This document shows positions 10,074 to 22,318 of a stretch of DNA of 31,465 bases, piece by piece; position 1 is the first letter of the stretch; every line of letters starts with the position of its first letter. This DNA is from Tubiluchus corallicola (Eukaryota; Animalia; Priapulida). Below the pieces are notes generated by a model that was not told the origin of the DNA, made no database searches, and was given only the letters and a program-made list of their open reading frames with translations. Both the position numbers and the translations under genes were made by a program. Location: the NCBI GenBank assembly GCA_030141605.1, contig JAQGDQ010001637.1, positions 1-31,465 on the forward strand. Direction: 5' to 3'.

Positions 10074-11957
10074 AGAAAAATATAACAGAGAAATTGGCAA
10101 AAAAAAACTGCCTACGAAGCATAAATTTAAAACGTACTTCCTCTGAATAGAAATTTTCAGGCGTGTTGGTTGGTTGGTTGCTGCCATTCACTTGAAAATT
10201 ATGACGTAACTGGGGAGACTTCGTGACTTTTCGTGAACGCATCGCGGGTTTCCGTGAGCGCGACGCTGCTTAATTTAATTCAAACTTCTGCAGTTTACCT
10301 AATCTTCACGCAAAAATCAGCTATCAAATGCTTTTGTAAAAAGTTATGATACTTTGGACGAAGATTTCTTCAGGATGAATGACGTCACTGGAAGACGAAT
10401 GGGCTTTCAACATTGAAGCGCTCAAGCATGAAGTGATCGCAACTTTAAACTAATTTTACTAGTTACACGAGGCGCTTAGTGCAGTTTTGTTACTAAATCC
10501 TTCTAACGTTTTTCGCGAATACTGAACTAAGCTCAACTTCCCAGAATGCTTGACCTTTCCTTTAATAATATTAAATGCAGAATCGATGCACTGTGATAAA
10601 TATGTTACTGTTCTCAAAAAGTAATTTCCGAAGAATTTTGTGCCTTATGAATTACTACTTTATGTGATATTAAACATTGTATAATTTACTTAAAAATGTT
10701 TAAACAAAATCATAGTTGTGTTAACAATTATATCCCTAATATATATTTTTAACAATAAAATGTTATACTTGTAATGAACAGAACATGTGACCGTTAGACT
10801 GTTTTGTGGGCAGCTCAGTGACTTTGCAGTGTTTTGGATACCAGCGCATTTTCATAAATAGTTACGTCAAAAACGTCAATCTGTCTTTATTGTTTGGTAA
10901 AAAGGAGGCAGGATGATTTTTCATATACTGTATCTTTTTCAAGACCGATACAGATTAGGGTTAGGGATATACATATATATACATATACATTTACAGATAT
11001 ACATTTTAACACAATTAATACTGCAAAAGCGTTTCTGATAATGAAATAATAGTAATAATTAAACTTAATTATTTACTTATTGGCGAGCGCAACTATTGAT
11101 GACATCAGAAACTAACATAACTTCAACCGCAAAAATATGGCGTGAGCGTGTTGCGCGTGTTTGCGAAAACGAAAATTGAAGTTCAGTGCTACTGTAAGAT
11201 ATTCAGTGTGTTGTACTAAAACTAGACAAGTTTTAAGAGAAAAATTCAAATTTACCGCTGTGCTCACGCATGAGCTGTTGAACGTTTGTAGTTCACAAAC
11301 CTAACACGTCTGAACTGAGAGGTACATCGCCTGTTTTTGTGCAATAGCTTTCCGAAATGCAAGCGCTAGTGCCCGTCTAACCAGCAAATGGCGAAATGCA
11401 TGTATATGAAAAACAAGCTGTCTTCTTTTAAACACTGTTCCTGCATAAAAGTGTCAAACCGGTAGCATAATTGATGAATACATGGTAAGGGAACCAATTA
11501 CAGTTCAAAAATTTTTTTAATCAGCTGAAACTGTTTGCAAAATGATTGCAGTAAAAATATGTCAACAAATAATATTTTACCTAGAAAAAGGTATTTTTAG
11601 ACAACGTAATTACAACCAGCCATCAAGGAAGATTTCCAGATTTGCTGCAAAGATTTATGACATTGGAGACCACCTTGGCCAGTGTCCAGTTTCCGTGTCC
11701 TTGTCCGAGTGTGGAACGATGGCGCTTCAGGGAAGGGTTTCGCGCTAGATAAGTCGAGTAGTTGTCACGGAGTCAGTGTTGACATGGAGGCTGCCATTTT
11801 GTTGCAAGGGGTTCGGTCACATGTCACGTGATCTGAAAGAACGCTTCTACCACTCTCCTCATGGTCAACGCTATCTCTACACGACAAGGGCAGATTTTGG
11901 GCCACAGATCTCTTTGCCACCTGATCATACATCAGTGGCTTCTCAATTTATACATAT

Positions 11958-13685
11958 TGTTACGAAGGCAGATTTGACCAACCCTCTAATGTTAGTAATG
12001 GGTATAGTCGAGAAGCCCAGTAATGCAAATGTACCTGTATAAAACAGAATGCATGCCGCAATTTGACGATTCCAACCTGGCCTTTCTGTCTGTAAAGGTG
12101 AATGCTGTAGGTTTGCTCATTTATACCAAAGTCTGTTCACATGTCATTCTTTTGGAGTTACCGGTTGTGCAATAAAGTTAAATTTACACTCGCATTCCGT
12201 ATCTTTTTACTTTTCTCGTCTGCTGTAGTACTTTCATAACTTGTATGCCGCTCGATACATTCTGAGGAGACGGATCGGCGCCTGAAAAGGACCCGGATCC
12301 GTTACACTGGTGCACATAAGTGGGATCCGAAATTGCCGCCTGGAATGGATCGACATTATTGGGTTTGGTGAGTGCTGCATTTTGCTTTAGGCAGACAGCT
12401 TGTCTGTACTACTCGGCGTGTTTTTGTGTTTTTGTAGACAGTTTCGTGTTTTTACCTTTTATGTTGAAAGGCAATTGAACGGCCTTTATGCGACAGGCAG
12501 CATCGGCCTTAGCTTAAACAGTTCTATGTTTTTATCGAGTTCCCAATGAGGCGATATTAGCCTGTATTTAGGATTAGGAGACGTACAGCCATTTTGTGAC
12601 TTTGCATGTATAGCGAGTCACCGTAGTTTAGTGTTCCGTAATGGCTAGGATGCCAGAACACTGTTTTTAAATGGTAGTTTAGTGTTCCGTAATGGCTAGG
12701 ATGCCAGAACACGCTTTTCAACATGGGGCTCTGTTGTGTTCAGTTAGCTAAGATTATGCAGTTGTGAACACTTGATGCTCGTCTTTTTAACTGTACGTCA
12801 CTGGTCAAAGTTGAACCGGTTTTCGGTAGCTTTTGCGAAGCCAGAACGTTGAAGCAGTTTAAAAGATTAATCGTTTTTCTCTACTTTGCCGTTGTTGTTG
12901 TTGTACAGCAGTACCTTGTTTGTAAATTTGTTTCGTCTTTATTCCTCTTGCCGAGTCTGTTGCAGTAAGCTTGTCAGTATGCCTATCTCGTTCACTCAGG
13001 GAAGCCAAGTTCGAAACTTCGATTGCTACACGAGTCTATTATGACGGACGCGAGTCTATTATGGAGTACCGTCAAAGACATGGTTTATGGCTAGGAGTAC
13101 AATACCGTTGTAGCACATGGCTGGAGTACCCTACACCTTCGCAAGTATCGCAACTACTTTATTTCACCGGGCAGACAGATGGTTCGAATCCCTACCGACG
13201 CCCCAGGAGAACTTCTATAGACTGTTCAATGTATCACATCATAAGGTTGTCTCAGTGCCTCGGAAGTAACTAGTAGAATGCTTTTTCGTTTCAAGGCCTG
13301 TTTTGCCGATAGCGTGATGTGCAAAGACTGGTTTCTGTTTAAAGACTGACTGTATTGTTTTTTGGGACAGTCTCGATAGATATCGATACACTGCACTCAC
13401 AAGAAGTGGATCATTGATCTGTAGGATTATCAACTCACCGTTTTCAGTTTTATGCTGTCATAAACCTGGATAGAATATTTGTACTAGTGCTGTTTACAAT
13501 TTTGATTATTTTGTTAAACTGATTTGCTCAACTTTGAATGACTTTTGTTGGGTTCAACTAGAGTAAAATTTAATTGCATTTGCATTTGCTGTAACTCATT
13601 TGTGGACAAATGGAAATTGAGGAGGGGGTATTGTTACGAAGGCAGATTTGACCAACCCTCTAATGTTAGTAATGGGTATAGTCGA
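11958..13685 (+). mobile_element. Non-autonomous Gypsy-like LTR retrotransposon with truncated 3' LTR
   Basis: 5' LTR 11958-12306 (TGTTACG...CGTTACA; TATAAAA ~12038; AATAAA ~12171). Degenerate tRNA-Leu PBS 12308-12326. About 1.3 kb interior with no recognisable gag/pol. PPT GAGGAGGGGG at 13619-13628. 3' LTR start 13632-13685 matches the 5' LTR. Confidence 0.85.
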
Positions 13686-13774
13686 AATTTTAGTGATTTT
13701 CGATTTTTTAGTTTCGAGATATATTTTCTGTAGACAGACGTATAAGTCTTAACTACCATCTTTGCCTTTGACTT

Positions 13775-14127
13775 TGACCTTTTGGTGTCGCAATATACGA
13801 TGTTTACTCCTGACATTGATCTTTGAACTTTTTAACCATGTAAAGTAGCATATTTACTTCTGATATTGAACTTTGACTTGCCAGCTCACAGTATATAATG
13901 TCCACTAGCAACAATGATATTTGACCTTTTGAACTCGCAATATACGATGTTTACTCCTGACATTGACCTTTGAACTTTTTTAACCATGTAAAGTAGTATA
14001 TTCACTTCTGATATTGAACTTTGACTTGCCAGCTCACAGTATATAATGTCCACTAGCAACAATGATATTTGACCTTTTGAACTCGTAGTATACCATGTTT
14101 ATTCATGACATTGACCTTTGACCTTTT
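13775..14127. repeat. Tandem repeat, ~147 bp unit, ~2.4 copies, rich in TGACCTTT motifs
   Basis: CGCAATATACGATGTTTACTCCTGACATTGA recurs at about 13790, 13937 and (diverged) 14084. Confidence 0.85.
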
Positions 14128-14185
14128 CACATGTAATGTAATATGTTTAAAACGCATTTTCCGAGTTTTCTTTTCACTCTTACAG

Positions 14186-14293
14186 TTGACGAACTTCCTG
14201 TGCACATGAAGAAACTTTTGAAGTTTAAGATTGGGAGAAATGACTCGGCTCTTGCAGAAGCTATTCTCTGGCATTCCAACTTTCATTTAACAG
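14186..14293 (+). CDS. TTLL4: TTLL4-like protein, first securely identified exon (VDELPVHMKKLLKFKIG...SNFHLT)
   Basis: Resembles TTLL4 EKLPWEQRKLLRWKM...SHFK. TACAG acceptor, GTAGGT donor, phase 1/1. Confidence 0.75.
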
Positions 14294-14419
14294 GTAGGTG
14301 TGGTCTTCATAGAATGTTACATTGTTCCTTGCACGTTCCTTTCAAGAATTCTCACCAGTTTAAACTGGAAGAAAAGTCCCGTAAGAGTATCCCAAAAAAC
14401 TCACCTGACACTTAGCTGT

Positions 14420-14792
14420 GTGAAATGCTTATGTAATTGGAAACAGAAGAGTTCATGCTAACTGGTAAAACGTCACTGCATTGCAATCCCAGTGTGCACC
14501 ATTGGCTAACAAAAACGCATTATTGATCTTATTGACAATATAAAATATTTTTAACTTTTGCTTAGTTAGCAAAGTTTGTGCTAAGAAAGCCTTGACTATT
14601 TTTCAATCTCTATGCAATGTTATCTAAACTTGTTTCAAACGACTTGCTCCTAAAATGGTCATTTGCGGAGTCTCAACTTTCAGATTTTATACAGAGTTAC
14701 TTCTGATACAAACCAGGAGGCAGCATATAAGTCATACAAAATTTCAAAATGATTTTTTCAAGCTCTATTCATGAAGTGAGTTTTCTTGTCCT
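14420..14792. mobile_element. Degenerate partial Kolobok-like copy (right end)
   Basis: Ends ...AAAATTTCAAAATGATTTTTTCAAGCT...GTTTTCTTGTCCT like 2046-2715. Left boundary uncertain. Confidence 0.55.
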
Positions 14793-14965
14793 TTATCTCA
14801 ACACAATTTTGCTAAATATGTAACTCAATAGCATTGAAGTAGTATGGACTTCTCTGTTACGTGCCTGTTAAAGCTGTATTCGGTTATCACTGGCAATCGG
14901 TTATGCGTGCTGTTTGTTGTTTCTGGTTGTTTCTTGTCTGAAGTCGACTAGATTTGCAGTGCGGT

Positions 14966-15178
14966 GCACTTTTGATTTCTTGTTGTGCACTTTTGATTTC
15001 TTGTTGTGCACTTTTGATTTCTTGTTGTGCACTTTTGATTTTTTGTTGTGCATTTTTCATTTTTTGTTGTGCACTTTTGATTTCTTGTTGTGCATTTTTC
15101 ATTTTTTGTTGTGCACTTTTGATTTCTTGTTGTGAATTTTTCATTTTTTGTTGTGCACTTTTGATTTCTTGTTGTGCA
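14966..15178. repeat. 21-bp minisatellite (GCACTTTTGATTTCTTGTTGT), ~10 copies
   Basis: Directly visible. Confidence 0.95.
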
Positions 15179-15279
15179 GGTTGATTTATTGCTGTTTACA
15201 TTTGATTTTGAAGAGGTTTAGATGATCTCTTTCTTAACCAGCGCTCGCTTAAATAAGATGACATTTTTATTCGTTTTAG

Positions 15280-15365
15280 AAGATAAACTCGACAATAGGT
15301 GGTTGGGTTGCTGGTGTTATCGAATCAGCAGCAAGAGCTATAGATACTTAAAGCATCACCAAAAG
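15280..15365 (+). CDS. TTLL4: TTLL4-like exon (EDKLDNRWLGCWCYRISSKSYRYLKHHQK)
   Basis: Matches TTLL4 DWLGCWGHH...EHQK. AG/GTAAG boundaries, phase-consistent. Confidence 0.88.
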
Positions 15366-15809
15366 GTAAGAAAACTCTGATGAATAACTTGAGCAAGACA
15401 AACTCATAATAATGTTCTCATTTGTAGGGGTGAATATGATTTTGACAAGGAGGCAGGTAATCAATAACAAACAGTTGGTGCCGAGGGGAATAGTCCAGTG
15501 GACACTGTGTGTGTTTATCGACCACAGTTAAACATGGCTGAGCGAAGTCAGCAAAAGGATGGGTCTATTTCGTCTATTTATCTCGTTCTGGGAAGATGTA
15601 TACTCATGTCAATGTATTCAAACACCTGTGCCAGTCCAGTGACTCATCTTAGAGTTAGGATTATTCTTGATAATAAACCATTTCCGGTGTCACGATAACC
15701 AGTTAGATTAAAGCGGTAGAAAAGGGAATTTTCCTTTAAAAAGGATGTCTTAAAGTATATCCAAAAAGACCATCCATACAAAGGTATTATTACTTAGAAT
15801 TATGTTTAC

Positions 15810-16225
15810 CTGTTTAAAGATTTATACATAAAACGAAAAAGAAACTGCATAGTGATTTAAAATATTTGCGTCAACTAGTAAACGTCACTGTTTCATTGTC
15901 TCTATGTGCGCAAAAACGTCACTGGCTCACAAAGAAGAAACATATTATTAAAGTTATTAACAAGATAAACTAATTTATACGTTGTTTGTTTCGTTGGTGA
16001 AGTTGTTAGGAATGTTCTTTTGTCTTTCTTGCAATGTTATCTTAGCTTTGTTTCACTAACGACTTACCATTAAAATATCTCAGCTCGGGAATTTAAATTT
16101 TCATGTTTTATACAGCGTTACTGGCAATGCACATTCTGTATGCAATTAGACAGCATGTCGGTGATACAAAGTTTCAAAACGAATTTTTAAACTTTATTTG
16201 TTTGTCGTGTTTTCTTATTGTCCCT
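15810..16225. mobile_element. Degenerate Kolobok-like copy abutting the next copy
   Basis: Right end ...AAGTTTCAAAACGAATTTTTAAACTTTAT...GTTTTCTTATTGTCCCT. Left boundary approximate. Confidence 0.5.
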
Positions 16226-16228
16226 AAA

Positions 16229-16909
16229 AAGACAAAAAAAAGGGTAACTGAAGTAAGTTTCAGAAAATTCGCCTTAAAAATTACATTACTTTACAGCATT
16301 TTTATGCATACATCTTATTCGCGTTGAAAGAAATTTTTGTTTATTTTCATTTTAACTCTCGCACAATACTATTTCGACCGCACCATTACATGACGTCATA
16401 TACACACAACGTAAATCAGGGGAAGAAAAGGAAATGTTAAACTATGTCCCAAAAATATTTCCGTGAAAATCTATATTACTTAGCTTTTCGCTTACCTGCT
16501 AGATAGACTTATGTAACTAGAAAAGAAAATTATTAATTATTTAAAATGTTTTCACCAATTGGTAAAATGTCGCTGACTCACCCTCCAGGGTGCACCACTT
16601 ACTAATCAAAAAGCGTATTTTTTATCTTATTGACAAGATACAGAAATTTAAAATTTTACTTTGTTAGCAATGTGTGTGCTACGAATGCTCTGACTATTTT
16701 TTCAAACTTTACTCATTGTTATCTAAACTTATTTCAAATGACATTCGTCAAAATGGCTGCGTCTAACGGCCATAGTGGGAGTTTATATTTGCAAGTTTTA
16801 TACAGCACTACTGCCGACGCAAGACCTGTTTGCAAGAAGGCAGTACGTAAGCGGGTACAAAATTTAAAGACGAAATTTTTAAGCATTATGTAATGGACGC
16901 TTTTGTGTT
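16229..16909. mobile_element. Kolobok-like non-autonomous transposon, second full-length copy
   Basis: Colinear and highly similar to 2046-2715. TTAA at 16910-16913. Confidence 0.75.
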
Positions 16910-17685
16910 TTAAGTAGGCTCTGCCTTTGGCCTTTAGATTTTCGAACTGTACCAAGAAACTTTTCTTTAATATCGTTGGACCTAACTTTTCATTCAAACA
17001 TTTTCTTTATTTTCATGAAAGTTGAGTCAGAAAATTGAGCCACAGAAATGAAGAGACGACAGCCTTTTTTGAAAGTGCTTATTTTCTTTTATTGAATTCA
17101 CCTTGCTGAATATATAGGAAATGCATTTAACTGTACAGCCTGACACAAAGGGGTCAAAGGTCAACCGATCTCGGCCATTAGTTTGCCTCATTGAGACCTT
17201 TCATTTTATATACTACAAGCCAGTTTTGATTGACACTAGAAGACACTCGTCTCTTCAACCCCTATTTTGCCGCCTAATGGGGTCGAAGGTTAACCATTCT
17301 CATTGTAACCTATGCCATTCGATTCGTCTCATCGAGGCCTTTCATTTGGCATGCTACATGGTAATATTCATAGACACTCGATGCATTTTTGTTCCCGACT
17401 CCCATTTTTCGGTTTTTGCAAAATCTTAATTACATCTACAGTGTTTCAGGAAATCATTGCTTTGCTACACAAGTTTAGAAAGGTATATATAAACGTATTT
17501 TTAATATTTAATCATTATAATTGTTCTTCTTTAAGTCTTCAAGAAAGGACTTGCCCCTGTTCATTTATAGCTTTCTCCCACTTCGGCTTTTTTGACATCT
17601 TTAACTTGATTAATTATGCAGTAGCCTATGCAGATATCAGTATTTCTGATCAACTGTACCTATAATACATAACTATTGTTTACAG

Positions 17686-17871
17686 TATGATCATTTTCCT
17701 GGACAAAACATGCGTAAGGATAACCTGTGGAGGAACTACGATGCGATGCGTTCCAAGTTTGGATCAGAAGAGTTTAACTTCATGCCCCTAACCTTCATTT
17801 TACCAGAAGAATTGGGAGAATATCGAACGTTTGTGGCAAATCATCCAGACAAACTGTGGATCATGAAACCG
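17686..17871 (+). CDS. TTLL4: TTLL4-like exon (YDHFPGQNMRKDNLWRN...PLTFILP...WIMKP)
   Basis: TTL-domain motifs HFPG, RKD.LW.N, P.TFILP and WI.KP. 62 codons. Confidence 0.95.
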
Positions 17872-18072
17872 GTTTGTAGAAATAGTAGTAGGCAACTGCA
17901 TAACTAGAGAGTTTGGCCTTGCTTTCAACAGTTCTGCAATAGTTCTGGAATAAGTAACACAAATAATACATATATCTGATATATGTCTGGACATATCTTT
18001 AAAATAAGTTTAAAAATCGCAGATATTTTCTTCATTCTCCGTTACCAATTTCCATGTGCAATATGATAGGTC

Positions 18073-19027
18073 TTTTATTATCAAACAACACAACTTTTAT
18101 TAAAAAACTTCAATTTACAACTGTTTAAAAACATGTCCAAACGTCTCGACAGCAATCATCTATCACCATCAGTGGTACACTATACAAACAAAAACCGGCT
18201 TATATAGGCAGAGCCTACAGTATAGAAAAAATTATGCACTTATTATATATTCGCAAAGAAGCCAAAGTAATGAAGAGACAGACGTGTAGAAAAAACAGAA
18301 GTGTTTGAAAATAAAGTTAATTGAATTGAACTGCTTGGCACATTAAGAGAAGGCTTATTAGGATACACAGATAAACTTTCTTTTATTATTAAGTTCAATT
18401 TTGTCGCTAAATGGGAAGAAAGAGCCTAAACTATTGTCCGATTTTAACACAATGTGTAATGGAATATGGGGGTATAGTTGCCAGAGGTACAAATATGGTC
18501 ATTAATGCCAGATTGAAGAAAATTGCCCGATGTACCCCGCTCTAGACGAAATACCCAGATGTTCACATATTCATACTTTAAAGTGTCTGGACGTTTTGCT
18601 ATGGAAAGCAGCATTGCAACTGATACACTGAAATCTGTGAATAATATCAGACTGTAAGAGTGTGGGTATTTTGTCTTATTAATGGGACTTATTAATAAAA
18701 GAAAGTTTATCTATGTACCCTACTAAGCCTTCTCTTAATGTGCAAAGTAGTTTAATTCCATTAACTTTATTTACAAAGATTTAGCTATTTGTTACTGTAT
18801 CTGTTTTTTTCTGCATGTCTGTTTATTCATTACTTTGTCTTCTTTGTAGATACGTAATTAGTGTATAATTTTTTCTATACTGTAGGCTCCGCCTATATAA
18901 ACTGGTTTTTGTTTGTATAGTGTACCACTGATGATGACAGCTGCTTGTTGCCGAAACGTTTGGACATGTTTTAAACAGTTGTAAATTAAAATTTTTTAAT
19001 AAAAGTTGTGTTGTTTTAACAATAAAT
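18073..19027 (-). mobile_element. Penelope-like element: GIY-YIG endonuclease remnant with inverted pseudo-LTRs
   Basis: The - strand at about 18670-18310 gives PTLLQSDIIHRFQCISCNAAFHSKTSRHFKV*ICEHLGISSRAG...LIIKESL...KPSLN. 18073-18395 and 18690-19027 are inverted copies of each other. Confidence 0.85.
18921..18966 (+). ncRNA. Minimal type I hammerhead ribozyme motif in the Penelope pseudo-LTR
   Basis: CCA-CTGATGA-TGACAGCTGCTTGTTGCC-GAAA-CGTT-TGG has both core boxes, stem I CCA/TGG and palindromic AAACGTTT. A mutated twin lies on the - strand at about 18134-18179. Confidence 0.7.
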
Positions 19028-19249
19028 GCTTTGAAATGCCTGTATAAATTGACACGACCCATCTTTTTGCACCAAGTGATATTGTCAGCCAACGGAGGCA
19101 TTTTCTGACGTGTTTGTATCTAAAAGATTTAACGCCCAACTTAACAAATTCACTTTCTAATCTAGTTCATGTTGTTTCAAATCAATTTCTTTTACATGTA
19201 GCTACATTATCACATTTTCTGACAGTTTTTGTGTCTGAATCTTTTGCAG

Positions 19250-19329
19250 CCCAACTTGTCAGAAGGCCGAGGTATTGAGGTAACCACCAATTTAAAAGAT
19301 GTGCCATGCAAACAAACAGTTGTTCAAAG
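19250..19329 (+). CDS. TTLL4: TTLL4-like exon (PNLSEGRGIEVTTNLKDVPCKQTVVQR)
   Basis: Aligns to TTLL4 PASARGIGIQV...LVQR; phases consistent. Confidence 0.9.
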
Positions 19330-19484
19330 GTGTGTCCATCTTGCCATATAAAAGTTGGTAGTTGTGGTATTTCAGTGTCGTTGATTAAATTGGCTTGATT
19401 ACATTTGATAATTTGCTGATGCAATTTTTGACTGAACATATTGTTATTTCCTACAGTAATCGCATTGTCATTTTTCATACACAG

Positions 19485-19613
19485 GTACATATCAAAGCCA
19501 TATCTTATCAAAGGACGTAAATTTGATGTGCGATTGCATGTGTACGTTCCTTCAATAGAACCTTTGAGGATCTACTTGCACAGCTCTGGTCTCGTAAAAT
19601 TTGCTACAAAGAG
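19485..19613 (+). CDS. TTLL4: TTLL4-like exon (YISKPYLIKGRKFDVRLHVYVPSIEPLRIYLHSSGLVKFATKR)
   Basis: Classic TTL motifs YI..PYLI.G.KFD.R and PLRIY. Confidence 0.97.
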
Positions 19614-19989
19614 GTACCCTTTGCATGCTTTACTATGACAGATCTTTGACATGATTACCAGTACAGTGACGTCTCCCCTCTTTTCTCTTTTCTCATCCTT
19701 TTTCAATCGCTTTTCTCTCCTTTGCAAATTTATCATCTATGTCAAGAATTACACGTGAAATAATAATATTCCAAGCCATTCAGTTTAGTGACATCATTTT
19801 ACTCTCTTTTTTTGGTTTTGTGGGAGCAAAACTGTTGACAGTAATGGTTTTCGTTGGGGTGCAGTGTACAAGAGCTATATGAATATAAAATGATATAAGG
19901 GATAAATGAAAAATATAATTGTCTTTATGGATGCTTTTGCATCAAATACTCATTGTGTTGTTTCCATGACTGGGCAGAGAAAATACAAT

Positions 19990-20880
19990 CATATTGTTTG
20001 GTTTCTGGCATACGGCAAAGCAATGACTATCTTGCTGTTTTTTGAAAACAGCTATAATAAGCCTATTGGAGACAGCAGGAACAATCCTAGGATACAGACA
20101 GCAGTATCCTATCCTATTGGTGATTGGATACAGCAGGAACAATCCTAATGTTTAGTTTCTGATATTGGGAAGAGCAAAAACAATCCTACAGTGCGGTTTC
20201 CGGGATATGATACAGCAAGAACTACCCTACTCTTTGGTTTCTGATATTGGAAACAGCAATAACACTTACTTGAATATGATATCATGAAAATAGCATCAGG
20301 AAGAAAATATCACAACGCAAGGTTGGCTTCTCCCGTTAGATCTAGAACTGCAAGGCATTTGCTGAAAATTTGAGATAAAAAACAGTGGACCATATTATTT
20401 TTGGTTGTATGTAGTAGAGCATGAAAAACGTACCGAATTTGTAAATGAACTACAAAATAGAGAGTCAAGTAGTGTTTTCATAGATGAAGAAGAGAAATTA
20501 ATACAGAAATTTGTCATATTACTTAACGAATTATTTGTAATGAATCTGCAGTAGTTCGCTTTTAAATTTTTCCTTGTAAATAATAATAATAACAATAGTA
20601 ATAATAAGCATGTTGTTTGGTTTCTGCGATTAGAATGGGTAAGAATAAGCCTATTTTGTGGTTTCTAGTATTTAGAAAGAGCTATTTTAATATTTGTAGG
20701 ATTGGAAAAGGGAAGAGCAGTCCTTCGTTTGATTTCTGGGATTGGGCAGAGGAAGGCCAATCCTACGTTTGGCTTCTGGAATTGGACAGATAAAGACCAA
20801 GCCTTCGTTTGGTTTCTGGGATTAGACAGAGAAAGACCAATTCTTCGTTTGGTTTCTGGCATATGACAGAAGAAGAACAG
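19990..20880. repeat. Degenerate ~40-bp tandem repeat in two blocks (about 19990-20270 and 20612-20880)
   Basis: CGTTTGGTTTCTGGGATTGGACAGAG-like unit at about 20727, 20766, 20806 and 20846, with more degenerate copies upstream. Confidence 0.7.
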
Positions 20881-21029
20881 TCATGTGTCGCTTTTGTACA
20901 TGTCTGAGAATAAATTTTTGGCAATTTTAGCAGTAACAGCTGCAGACTGCATCTGTCAAGTATCAGTCAGCAGTAGACTTTTATTCTTTTTTATTGTTGT
21001 TGTTATTTTTATTATTTACACGTTTTCAG

Positions 21030-21152
21030 GTATCACAATGGGGTTAACGATTTAGGTGACTCTTTCATACATTTGACCAATATTGACATAAACGAAGTCA
21101 GCCCAACATATTATGACAGGTTTACATATATCGGAGAAATGGCACACAGATG
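21030..21152 (+). CDS. TTLL4: TTLL4-like exon (YHNGVNDLGDSFIHLTNIDINEVSPTY...AHRW)
   Basis: HLTN motif, AG/GT boundaries, phase 2/2. Confidence 0.93.
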
Positions 21153-21308
21153 GTAGGTATTTCTTGTTTAAATGCAATTTCAAATGCTTATTTCAAATTT
21201 CTTTTCAGTTGATGTCAACTGAAGTTAAAATTGCAAAGTTTTGTAAATTCTTTAATCTTGTAAATTGTATTCATCATTAAGATCTAGAACTCCAAGTTTA
21301 TATTTTAG

Positions 21309-21407
21309 GAGTTTGGAAACGCTTTGGCGCTACCTTGAATCTCGAGGCATTCGTACGGACGTTATCTGGGAAGAAATTAAGGACCTGGCCATAAAACAAT
21401 TTCTAAG
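21309..21407 (+). CDS. TTLL4: TTLL4-like exon (SLETLWRYLESRGIRTDVIWEEIKDLAIKQFL)
   Basis: Matches TTLL4 LKALWNYLSQKGVNSDAIWEKIKDVVVK. Confidence 0.94.
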
Positions 21408-21815
21408 GTAAAGCACACTGTGCGACTGGTTAACCAGGACAAATTCAAACTACTAAACGTTCTGCTGCTGTTGAGTCTATTAGGTTATACTAATACTTAT
21501 ATTGTTTAGTTAGAAATTATCAATAGACTTACGTGTGGCTGCCGACTTTACGAGCCTAGCAAGAGTCTGAAAGCTACAATGTGCTGTTGTAGAATGCACT
21601 AAGTTGTTAGTTGTATATAAGTTGTAAGTAGTAAGTACGTACAATTACAAAGTGGTAAATTTATAAAACGCTTAATTTACAGCCTATGGGATCATATATA
21701 TATACCTAACCTCTTTTTCTCATGTTTTGGTTAAGAAATCATATTGCAGGTCGTGCGGGTTAATTAACAATTAACAATTAACAATTTCTCACATTATTTT
21801 GCAAGTAAGGATTGA

Positions 21816-21992
<177 letters not shown>

Positions 21993-22151
21993 TAATGTAA
22001 TTCTAATCCTAGTGTTACAGAAAAAACAAATTATGATTGTATTAAATTGATTAATTGAATTTGTATTGCGCAAGGGTTTAAAAAGCATTCATTACTCTCT
22101 CAGTAATCTCTTTTATTTTATAAATTTGTCTACAATCATTGTAATAGGCAT

Positions 22152-22222
22152 ATGATGATGATGATGTCGATGCCGATGACGACGACGTAGACGATGATGA
22201 TGATGACGATGATGATGATGAC
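22152..22222. repeat. (GAT/GAC)n microsatellite
   Basis: Directly visible. Confidence 0.9.
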
Positions 22223-22318
22223 TTAGGTCTTTACAATTTTTCTCTCCAATTTTCAATCCTTCATAATTTCTTCACAACACTTATGCACTTGCACTACTAT
22301 GGAAGCATAAATCTATTC

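Noticed and set aside
9465-14186. Functional linkage (operon-like) between the MAT and TTLL genes
   Set aside because: Adjacency in an animal genome is not evidence, and I see no shared pathway or trans-splicing signal.
14887-15184. Coiled-coil-like QQEIKSA repeat ORF
   Set aside because: Product of a 21-bp minisatellite in a TTLL intron, with no splice support.
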